In this document: one piece after another, positions 15,001-26,300 of the stretch | How positions within the stretch are numbered: position 1 is the first letter of the stretch | Layout of the letters: every line of letters starts with the position of its first letter | Program-made: the position numbers and the translations under genes | Source: Nitrospirales bacterium | Lineage (GTDB): Bacteria > Nitrospirota > Nitrospiria > Nitrospirales > UBA8639 | Direction of reading: 5' to 3' | Assembly: GCA_965203295.1 (NCBI GenBank) | Contig: CBDBCZ010000017.1 | Coordinates: 2,432,001 to 2,496,000, forward strand | DNA: 64,000 bases | Notes under the pieces: generated by a model | What the model saw: the letters and a program-made list of their open reading frames with translations, nothing else | What the model was told of the DNA's origin: nothing | Databases searched by the model: none

Positions 15001-15647
15001 TCTACAGTACCATTCATACACTGCTATACATGCAGTATGTTAGAGCAAGTATGACTGTCTCATATTATGTCTACACTGCTGTACATGCAGCATGTTGACT
15101 GTCATGTGATGTGGCTCAGCTTTAATGTGAAACGTGCTACGCAACATGCTTCCTTGGCAGTATTCTATTACCATAAGAGTGTATGGAACTTGTGAATTGT
15201 TATCTTTAACAGCTAGCTGACACTGAGAGCCAACTGCAGTCTGCTACTAGCCGTAGCTCTTCACTCCGAAAAGAGCTGATGGGCAAGGATGCCACTGTGA
15301 CTTCACTGACTCAGGAAAACCGGAGATTACAGGAGGAGAGCAAACTTTCTGCAAGGCGCTCCTCTCAACTGAAACAAGAGTGTAGAGAAAGACGTACATC
15401 TTATTAATGCTTCCCTTCAAAAGCAGGTCAACATCACGTACACTGTATACATATGTGTGTCATGTACATAACATTGGGTATGGTGATTCTGTGCACATAC
15501 AGCTCTTGTATGCATGTACGTCTATGTTTGGACTAGGGCAATGTACATGTTCACACCTTCCGGATTTTAAAGGTATTGTTAACTTGAAAGCCTGGTACTC
15601 GGGCAAAAACCCGGGACTATTTATTTGAATTATAAGTGCCCAGTTAC
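12052..15647 (+). repeat. Segmental duplicate of ~1-7708 lacking ~1639-5812
   Basis: Near-identical introns and exons (e.g. ORFs 674-937 vs 12806-13069; 7470-7691 vs 15407-15628). The junction ATAGGGCT|TTCAGCTG at ~13768 has GCT microhomology. Confidence 0.95.
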
Positions 15648-16379
15648 TCAAGCACATTAAAGGGCCATTATCGCGCAAGAAAGGGCTACTCTCCACATCA
15701 AAGCGACACACCCCTCCTGCTGATTCCAGTTGCCACCATGGGAAGATTTATACTTATTAATTAGCACCACATGAATGACTTCATCTCAATAGTTATTCAT
15801 GAGAAGAATCACACAGATTCAAATGTCAGTGCGGTACTACTTTAAACCTCAAGATTTTAATTTTGTTCACTGGACAGACAGACGACAAATAAACAGAAAT
15901 TGCTTAGTCCCACCCATACAAGTGGGACAAGTCTGACATTTCATGCCTAAAAAACCAGCTGGACGCCTTTCCCGTACAATACACACAACTCAGCTTAGGC
16001 CAAGCTATTAAACTCTACAGCCATAGAGCCGGAGATACTATATTCTTAGAGCGGTACAGCGAAAGTGCTGACTCAGCAGTTTCGTCACGCGCCTCCAGTT
16101 AGTAGCTATATGCCAAGAAACCAGAATCTTTACGGCTGCCTACCAAGTTTTCGCCATCTAGGCAACACAAACTACCTTCATTTGCTGTAGCTTGGCCTGC
16201 AAACCTCCAAAAGCTGCTATACACCGTAGTTGCATAGTAACGTATGACGTAATATATTGCGCACGTGGTAAGTGCGGACGCACAACTGACAAACAGACAA
16301 ACAAACAAACAGACGCGAAAAACGTAAAGCAATCTTAGTACACGTCAACCTTTTGTCATCAAGCTGGTTTGAGCACTGC

Positions 16380-17160
16380 TGTCACCCTCTCTATAATCAG
16401 ACAGTGGATTTTGTCTTTTTTTCAGTGTAGAGTTCCCAATACACTCTCCTACGCAGTATTCGGATATCATTGGTAAGTACAGGTATATATATTTAGCAGA
16501 ACAACAGTGCAAGTCTGATAATTATACGTTGCATGGCTCTCGAGATAGAGATAGAGCTGTTCATCTTGATTTCTTCATATTGCTGAAGCTTTCAGTGGAT
16601 GAAATCAGGAAAAATAGGTCTAAGCTATCTCAGGAATGACACGACGTATAAACATCAGACTGGGACCGTTGTGTTGCTAAGTATCTGTACGTAGATTCCC
16701 AACGATATTCGAATCCTAGCTTTGGAGAGTGTTTTGGGGACTGTACACAGAAAAAGACAAAATTCACTGTCCAATTATATAGAGAGGGTGGCATGGCTCT
16801 ACAGTTCAGCAGCACCCCTCAGTGCTCAAAGCAGCTACAGTGGTGAAAGGTTGGCTTGCAGCAGCATGGTTATGGGGCTTCCATTAATACTGAAAGTTAC
16901 TTCAGGGAGGAAACGCGGAACACAGTTTGACATTTGTCTACTGGTCATAGCTGCTTCTGAATTTTAACTTTGGATCGAAGGCTATAGCTCCAGAACCAAG
17001 CAACGGAGGAACGCCAAACTTTCAAACCGAGGTGTGAAGGGGCTGCAGTATAAATTGAAAACCCATTCACTTCTGGTAATTTATGCAGTCAGCACTAGCA
17101 CGTCCAAAAATGCCTAGTGTCCGATCGAACAAATTATGAAGGCAGCATTGCTGAACTGTG
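16380..17160. mobile_element. Partial copy of the fold-back element family at 54040-55090
   Basis: Shares blocks such as TTCAGCAGCACCCCTCAGTGCTCAAAGCAGCTAC, GTGGATGAAATCAG and CTCGAGATAGAGA with the 54-55 kb element. Confidence 0.7.
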
Positions 17161-20100
17161 CATGCCCGCTCACCCATTAGTGGCCTACACGACCACTCAC
17201 TACCTTCTTATGGCCCTGAGTAACGTAACATCTTTTTGGAGGCCATCCTAGAAATTTAGTCTCGTCTTTCACCTACTAATAGATCAATAACTTAAGGTGG
17301 CCGACCAGAAATCTTATAATTTATCAAGTTGCATACAAACTGTTGCAACTTACAAGACCTGCCATTTATTTCATTAACTAATACAAGTACTTGCGCTCGC
17401 TTTGCTCGCGCAAGTACTTGTGTGTTCAACTCGCTCACTCTGTACAGATAAAAATGAAAAGTGTGACCTCTATGTGATTTGCATGGAACAGTATAGCATC
17501 TTCTGCCATTGAAGCAGTGCTTTTGACTAAGCCACATGTCAGTGTTGAAAACTGACTCGTCACAGTGGGGGGTAAGTATATAGTACGTGTGCACACTACA
17601 CTAAAAGCTTCTTTTAGAAGCCAAAGCATGTATTATGTAATGTTCATGTAGTATAGCTAATGTGGAGCATTTGCCAGTGGCAGTAGCCTGATCGAGGCGT
17701 TGACAGTAGTTTTTTGCCTGAGCCATGTGGAGGCAGTAATTCAAAGGAGAGACTGCAAACAATCACAAAACCATACCCACATCAGCACATGTAGTCTCGC
17801 GGGCCAGACGATTTTTGTTGGGGGAAGTTACAGCACATGTAGGCGAATGGAATTGACTCCATTTAATGCACATCGTCGTAGTTTGTCTAGCGTAGCAGTT
17901 ACAGCTGTGCATGGTTTGCACTTACAGGACTATACAGCCACTAACCTTCGCAATAGAGCGCGCTCGAAGTGCTGATTTGAGAACATCATGATAATACCGT
18001 CGGCTGTCAGAGCATCCCAACGCACGCAGCGGTCGAAATTGTCCCAAAGCATGCAGCGGTCAAAGTACTAATTAGCTATGTACACATATGATGACGTCAC
18101 GGTCTTCTCGCATATTCTCGCGCAATCGAGATTCATTAGTGGACGTCACATCCGTTACACATGGACAGAACTAACGTTAAAGTATTGATGTCCAAAAACT
18201 ACATCTGCTATACTTGTCCTACTACTTTGGAGCGCCAGGAGCCCATGGACATCCCAACAGGACACCAGCAGGACTCTCAGGTGCCACACGTAATCATACT
18301 CAATGGCCTGACCTTCTGCTGTTCATTGTGTACATAGATCACCATTATAAACAAGCATGCTATACATACCTGCCTACTTTAAAGGTCCATAGTCATACTG
18401 GAAATTACCCAGTTCAGGATTTCCAAACCGAACAAACTTTTAGCTGCTTATCACTCGGGGGATTGAATCCTCTGATATGCCAGAGCCTATTCAAACCAGA
18501 GAAGTGTGTGCAAATGTATACAGAAGTGAAGTGCTCAAAGAAAATATACATGTATACAGTCACTTTTATTAACACTTACTTTGGATTAAGCTTAGGAACA
18601 GTTCTATAATCGAAAGTTGCCTCTGAACTGCCTGCTCCAGATTCCCCCTTGCTCTGTTCCCCGCTGTTTTCATTTCCTGACAAGTGCACACACGTTCCTC
18701 TGGGCCTGTCTCCTCCATCACTATCACCCTCCTGTATTGTGTATGTGAGTGGCACAATAACTGCGATGTGTTGTGGTATGCAAAACACTTTTGCCACCAC
18801 CTCAAAAATTTGAATGGGTGATTCCTAGATAAACCGTACGTAGCCTTGTTCTCAGGCTCTATATACTAGTAAACGTTCCCAGGCTGTACTCCCCAGCTCT
18901 TTGTGTGAGGTGCAAGAAAAGCTGGGAACAAAGCTAGATGAATCATATACCTCACACACTGCCCCTTATTTATTGGAAAATAACACTGACTACAGAATAG
19001 CAGCCTCTTATACATGTTTAGCCCTCACACCCAGCACTTCAAGAAAAAATAGCAAAGATTTTAATCACTATTTTTTGCCTAAAGTTAATTACACCTAATT
19101 ACACCTACTCCCCTCCTTAAGTGTTTATAGTTGTTGGCTGGCTAATCAGCTGTTGGTTCTTGTTGTGTGTGTTTAGCCATCTACGTGTAATCACTGTTCT
19201 CCACACAATCTAAACAAGTGACTATCAGTCATAACCTCAGAATTGAAGCCTTTAAAATGTTGAGAGACATGACTAGCCTACTGCTTAGCCTGCAGAGTGG
19301 AGCTGGAAATGAGGCTAGAGCACAGTTGGGGGACTAGCAATATAGGCCTCTAAACTTGCAGAGCTAGGCTAACCTATAACTTTGTACTGTCATTCTTGAA
19401 ATGCTGTACTGATTAGCACTGCTCCCACAACTCTGGAAGGCAAAAGTTTCCTAAATTCAAGACTGACATCGAGAACTAACTAATGCTATGAAAGATAAAT
19501 GTATTTGAGCCTACTTTACTGACAAAGGACAGACTGCTGCATTGACAACAAGAACTAACTAATCATATTGAAGAAACTTTACTGACAGAGGACAGAATGC
19601 TTACTGTCGAAAGCATTTTAGTTCTCATGCAGCTACAAAATACAGCTCACCAGTCCTGACCTTCCACCAGCAATAGTAGCCTGTTGTCATAGTTGTAGGA
19701 GTTGCCTTGTTCTGAAACACTTGCAAGAGTTGTTAGCTGATTCTCCTCAGAGTTGTCTTGTTCTGGAACACTAGGTACTTAGCTGTTGATTCCAATTCGT
19801 CCTCCGACTTTAGCGGCTGCTGTGTTCCAGTTACCGGTATTTGTCGGTCCTCTTGTGGGGCAAAACTTGAGTTTTGGCCTTCCTTGCTTTCACATACAGA
19901 CTCATTTTGATTTTGAACTGTAGCAAAGTGTTCACTTGGCAACAAGTTACTGAATCCTACAGCTGGTGTTGCTTGAAAATTTTCATCGTTTACTCTGTCT
20001 CCAGATTGTGGGCTCTCTATATTTGGGGAGCTGGATTTTCACTCTGTGTGAAACACTTAATTCATTGGGATGAGAGCAATTAAATTCTGTTAGGCAACTG

Positions 20101-20269
20101 TTCCTCTTTTCCACGTTTACCCCCCACGGGAGTCTGAATTCAGTAGACTGGACTGGACTGGACTGGACTGGACTGGACTACTGGAATGGAATACTGGAAT
20201 GGAATGGACTCATAACTGTTTTGTATGAAAGTCAATGTTTTTAATGCAATCACAGCCACTGCAGTACAC

Positions 20270-20420
20270 AAATGCCTCTCATGGAGAACAGAACAGCCAC
20301 TGTATGGAGAACAGTATACAAATGCCTCTCATGGAGAACAGGATATAAAAACCACTGCATGGAGAACAGGATATAAAAACCACTGCATGGAAAACGGATA
20401 TAAAAACCACTGCATGGGGA
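20270..20420. repeat. Subterminal ~28-30-bp tandem repeat of the Mutator element
   Basis: Repeated AAAACCACTGCATGGAGAACAGGATAT-like units. Confidence 0.7.
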
Positions 20421-20597
20421 ACGAGATACAAAAGGTTCAACGTTTTATTGACCATGCATGATGTTGACATACAATTTTCTATCAGAATGGTGAGGAAAGA
20501 GATGATGTAACTATAAGTAGTCACATCCTTCCCATGTGTTGAGCTAAGTACTCAGTATGGACTGGCAAAAGCTGCATACTTGTCTCAGTGGGGACAG

Positions 20598-23038
20598 TCA
20601 ACATTTCTGCCTTAAAATAGGGGCAACGGGCCTGGATACAAGGTATGTTGCAATGATAGTACACATTGCCAAATCACATTTGTAACAGTGCTGAACCACT
20701 TGGTACAAATTCTTGCCATTCTTTGTGTCTAACACAAAGGTCCATAGGGGGAACTGCAGGTTTAGTGTACCGTTGCCTACATCCTCGACAGACTCGGACG
20801 TTTCCAGCAATGAATGTGAGGGTAAATGGACTGTCATTCACAGCAGGTGAACACGGCACCAATGCAGGAGGGAGAGACGGAATACGGATGTGTGGTAGCA
20901 CAGGGGGAAGACTGGTATATGACGGCGAGCAGTTTTGAGCTGAAGGGGAGGTGACTTTGGACTGTGTAGGAAGAAAGGATGAGGTCACAACAGTTGCATA
21001 CGCTGACGCTATTGGGACCAGTGGCGGTGGGGACAAGTTACATGCACTGCTGCTAGGAGGAATACTACTGGCTTCAGTAGATACTGTTGCTGCTTCAGTA
21101 CTTGGAACAGAAAATCGATCAGAAAATACAACTCTTGAGGTAGCATCACTCTTCTTCTTTCTACGACGAGCTGGTTTTCCTCCTTTGCGTCCACATCCAG
21201 CTGGCATTTGTAATGTAACTAGTTTTGTGAGATTTGGACACTGCTTGGCTTGACAGAACCACTCAATAAACTTCTGAAGTGGTCCGTTGTACTGGGCTGT
21301 TGCAACGGCATGAGAACAAATACCTAATGACTTGAAGTTTCCACAGACAGTATCGCATGCATACTGGCCACCTTTCTTAGCCAGCACCAAGTGTGGACGA
21401 CTACCAGTGTAACTTTTTACCATGCACGACCGGTTGGTACTTACAGGAGCTGCGCAAATAGCATTTTTCTCTGACAACAAGTTTTCTTCCATATTGTTTC
21501 AAGGACAGGTGCGGGGGTAAGTACTTGGCCAGAAAATTCCTCTACTTTCACTGGGAGTATCACTTCATCCGGATGTTCAGCAAGTAGTTGTCGACTACAA
21601 CACGGTAGGTCAGCTGGTGTGCAAGGACGCTTGGCAGTAGGGGTAGGCTCAACTGCAGTTTCTTTCCGTTTAACTCCTTGAGAAATTGCCACTTGGATCT
21701 TTGCCAACTTCTCCAAATGCTTTCGTCGCTGTAAAACGGTCATCTCCAGAAGCCATTTTTCTTCTGTTTTTTCAAATGATTGGAACTCAGGGAGTAGCCT
21801 GTATTTACCACGGTTGATAACTGCCCTCTCAATTTCTCTTTCTTGCTCATTAATGACTTCCTTCAGCTTTTCTAGAAACTCTGGCAGCTCGCTCTTTTTG
21901 TAGTACACTTTATTCTTCAAAACTGCATTCATGCTTTCGCTTGCGTTAGTACTGAAAAGTTCTGGTGGATCACCAAATCCTGCTTCCTTGCGAGTTGATT
22001 GCAGCATGGTAGTCTGGATGATTGTGCTTTTATATTGTGAATACCACTGCACAAAGTCATGTACAGGCCCGCTTTTGGAAGCATCTAGGCTTTCCCACTT
22101 CTTTGATAGCTTGGCAAAACCTTCACTGTATTGTGCTTTTTCTCGAGCATCAACTAGGCCTTCGATATAGTGAGTACCAACTTGCTTTCCAAAGAGATCC
22201 GCAACGATGACCCTCTGGCTGATGCCCAATTCTTGTACCTTCGCAAGGATGTTACGACGCATGTGGATCCAACAGGTAAGGTGAATGCTCGAGGGAAACG
22301 CACGTTGAAATGCCTCAAACAAAGCCTCTTCCCCGTCTGTACCAAAACACCTCAAATTTTTTAGCTGTGGTCGAAGCCCTACAGAGTCGAAGCAAAGAAC
22401 AGGTAAGTAGCAAATGACTTCTTGTAATGGACCATGACTGGGCCAATGAAAACTGGAGGATTGTCACTACGTCTGCTCTGGAGAAGTAGGTGATGGTACG
22501 ACACTACAGTCACATTGAAAGCACCCAAAGAAAAAGTAGGATCGACAGAAAGGATGCCAAACTTATCCTTTTCGGTACAGAATCGCACCAAATCATCCAA
22601 CTGTCGGTCAAGACCCACGACTATTGCTGGTTCACGAAGTGTTTTCATGGCTCTCACAAACTGCTTTGAGGTATCTTCCATAAAAGCTCTCTGCATCACT
22701 ACGGAGAGTCCATCTGCCATGATCTGCATTTGACCACCAAGGGAACGTGATTTGTACTTCAATCTCCGTTTTACCTGAGAGACTTGCTGTTCATCTCGTG
22801 GAAGTTCGCAGGCATCAGATGCAGATAACACCCCACCAACTTTCATGGAAATTTTAGCTAGAACATTCTTTGGGCCACTACTCCCACACTCTTCCTTGAT
22901 CATTTCCATTGTGCTTGGCAAAGTTGGAAAAAATGGTTTGGGACGGGTGCTATTTCCATGTGGCAACGGCTTGGGCTCAAATCCCTCAGGTATATAATAA
23001 ACTGCTAGGCAGTATTGATGTGGATGGTTTTTAGCAGC
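20598..23038 (-). pseudogene. MULE transposase with SWIM zinc finger and C-terminal Cys/His domain, frameshifted
   Basis: PHGNS..PFFPTLPST; LSVDPTFSLGAF; FGTDGEEALFEAF..AFP..IHLTCWIH; FSTNASESMNAVLK; SWIM CDTVCGNFKSLGICSH; CRGC...YYHC. Split over ORFs 22379-22966, 21441-22355 and 20674-21492; splice acceptor at ~23039. Confidence 0.85.
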
Positions 23039-23309
23039 TAAAGTTGTGAAGGAGTAGGATAAATGTAAGTGTAATATAGAAGCTACACTCTATACATATA
23101 TTACACATTACAACAATTGGATGAAGGGCGGAGTATAGAGGCGTTTATACTACTATCTCGTTTTTATTGAGATATACCATGGCTAATCAGAGTAAACATG
23201 AGAGTTTTGTCCATAATTACAAAGATACATGTACATGTTTGTTAAAATGATAGTAACTGAAAATAAAAACTGTTAGCGTGCATAATATGAAGGGCTGGTA
23301 CACGTTATG

Positions 23310-26300
23310 TTACTTACGAGCACTTCTTAGCCTCTTGCTCGCTTGGCCCACGCTGTCGACGCAACTTTTCCACACGGATTCAAACTCATGTTTAGATCTC
23401 CAATACTGTGGAAACTGACGGAAAAGAACTGTCTTGAGTGTGTTGACCTCGGATATCGGAAGTCCAGGAAACGTCCGCTCACCGATCACTGTGCAGCGCT
23501 TCTGAACGTTCTCGCCGAAAATTGCTTCCTTAGCCAACTTGACAGCAAGAGTTCCAACCTTAGATTCGCATCGAAGTTTGGGGTACCTGGACAGCACACT
23601 GGAGATGGAAGATAATTTTGACTTCACTATTTTAGATGAGTCGAGCACGTTCGTGTTCACGTTTTGGAATGGTAATGGTGATGGCTTGCAGTCACCAGAA
23701 GACTCGGTAGATGGGTGTTCCATTTGTGCAGCAGTGGCGTGGTGTGTGGATGGTGGAAGCGGAGTCGAGGAGGGCTGTCCAAAGGCGCTGGTTGCTGGCT
23801 GAGAGGATGAAAAGCGGTGGTGGCGTGAAGGGGTGGCAGATGAAATTGGGTCCCAACTGTATGGACTATAGTTGTCTTCTGCGTGCGGACAACTCTCCCA
23901 ATCTTCTTCATCCAATCGTGGCAGTTGGCGGTAAGGTTCTTCACTATGCTGACACTGCCACTGGGGTGTGCACTGGACAAGCCTTTCAAGAGCAGACAGT
24001 CGGTTCAGAATCTGATACTGCGCTGAGAGGAAAGACTTCTGACTGGATTGCATCATCTGGTAGTTACGGACTATGAGCGACTGGCGTTCTGCGACATCCT
24101 TCAATTTTTGAGCAAGTTCAGCTACCTCCACTTCAAGTGTCAGTGGATCGCAGTCAAGAGACATGTCCTTCGCGGGTGAAGGAGTTGCAGAGGGAGGGAA
24201 TCTTCTATCAAATGAAGCAGGACTACGAATTGACCCAGAGCTAGAGTCGTCCCGGATGGATATGGCAGGAGTGTTGTCCTGGATGGACGTGGTAGGCAGG
24301 ACCGGGGTAGGCTCGTCATCAATGTGTATGGTGGACAGGGCAGTGAAAGCTGGTGGTGGTGTAACGTCAGACTCGGATGCGGCTGGTGGTGTAGCGTCAG
24401 ACTTGCTGGATGCGGCTGGTGGTGTAGCGTCAGACTCGGATGCGGCTGGTGGTGTAGCATCAGACTTGCTGGATGCGGCTGGTGGTGTAGCGTCAGACTC
24501 GGATTCGGCTGGTGGTGTAGCGTCAGACTCGGATGCGGCTGGTGGTGTAGCGTCAGACTCGGATGCGGCTGGTGGTGTAGCGTCAGACTCGGATGCGGCT
24601 TGTGGTGTAGCGTCAGACTCGGATGCGGCTGGTGGTGTAGCGTCAGACTCGGATGCGGCTGGTGGTGTAGCGTCAGACTCGGATGCGGCTGGTGGTGTAA
24701 CGTCAGACTTGCTGGATGCGGCTGGTGGTGTAGCGTCAGACTCAGATGCGGCTGGTGGTGTAGCGTCAGACTCGGATGCGGCTGGTGGTGTAGCGTCAGA
24801 CTCGGATGCGGCTGGTGGTGTAGCGTCAGACTCGGATGCGGCTGGTGGTGTAGCGTCAGACTCGGATGCGGCTGGTGGTGTAGCGTCAGACTCGGATGCG
24901 GCTGGTGGTGTAACGTCAGACTTGCTGGATGCGGCTGGTGATGTAGCGTCAGACTCAGATGCGGCTGGTGGTGTAGCGTCAGACTCGGATGCGGCTGGTG
25001 GTGTAGCGTCAGACTCGGATGCGGCTGGTGGTGTAGCGTCAGACTCGGATGCGGCTGGTGGTGTAGCGTCAGACTCGGATGCGGCTGGTGGTGTAGCGTC
25101 AGACTCGGATGCGGCTGGTGGTGTAGCGTCAGACTCGGATGTGGCTGGTGGTGTAGCGTCAGACTTGCTGGATGCGGCTGGTGGTGTAGTGTCAGACTCG
25201 GATGCGGCTGGTGGTGTAGCGTCACACTTGCTGGATGCGGCTGGTGGTGTAGCGTCAGACTCGGATGTGGCTGGTGGTGTAGCGTCGGACTCGGATGCGG
25301 CTGGTGGTATAGCGTCAGACTCGGATGCGGTTGGTGGTGTAGCGTCAGACTTGCTGGATGCGGCTGGTGGTGTAGCGTCAGACTCGGATGTGGCTGGTGG
25401 TGTAGCGTCAGACTCGGATGCGGCTGGTGGTGTAGCGTCAGACTTGCTGGATGCGGCTGGTGGTGTAGCATCAGACACAGATGCGGCTGGTGGTGTAGCG
25501 TCAGACTCGGATGCGGCTGGTGGTGTAGCGTCAGACTTGCTGGATGCGGCTGGTGGTGTAGCGTCAGACTCGGATGCGGCTGGTGGTGTAGTGTCAGACT
25601 CGGATGCGGCTGGTGGTGTAGCGTCAGACTCGGATTCGGCTGGTGGTGTAGCGTCAGACTCGGATGTGGCTGGTGGTGTAGCGTCAGACTCGGATGCGGC
25701 TGGTGGTGTAGCGTCAGACTCGGATGTGGCTGGTGGTGTAGCGTCAGACTCGGATGCGGCTGGTGGTGTAGCGTCAGACTCGGATGCGGCTGGTGGTGTA
25801 GCGTCAGACTCGGATGCGGCTGGTGGTGTAGCGTCAGACTTGCTGGATGCGGCTGGTGGTGTAGCGTCAGACTTGCTGGATGCGGCTGGTGGTGTAGTGT
25901 CAGACTCGGATGCGGCTGGTGGTGTAGCGTCACACTTGCTGGATGCGGCTGGTGGTGTAGCGTCAGACTCGGATGTGGCTGGTGGTGTAGCGTCGGACTC
26001 GGATGCGGCTGGTGGTATAGCGTCAGACTCGGATGCGGTTGGTGGTGTAGAGTCAGACTTGCTGGATGCGGCTGGTGGTGTAGCGTCAGACTCGGATGTG
26101 GCTGGTGGTGTAGCGTCAGACTTGGATGCGGCTGGTGGTGTAGCGTCAGACTTGCTGGATGCGGCTGGTGGTGTAGCGTCAGACACAGATGCGGCTGGTG
26201 GTGTAGCGTCAGACTCGGATGCGGCTGGTGGTGTAGCGTCAGACTTGCTGGATGCGGCTGGTGGTGTAGCGTCAGACTCGGATGCGGCTGGTGGTGTAGC

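Noticed and set aside
15657..16335. Kolobok-type element starting TTAAAGGG
   Set aside because: No matching inverted end with TTAA was found.
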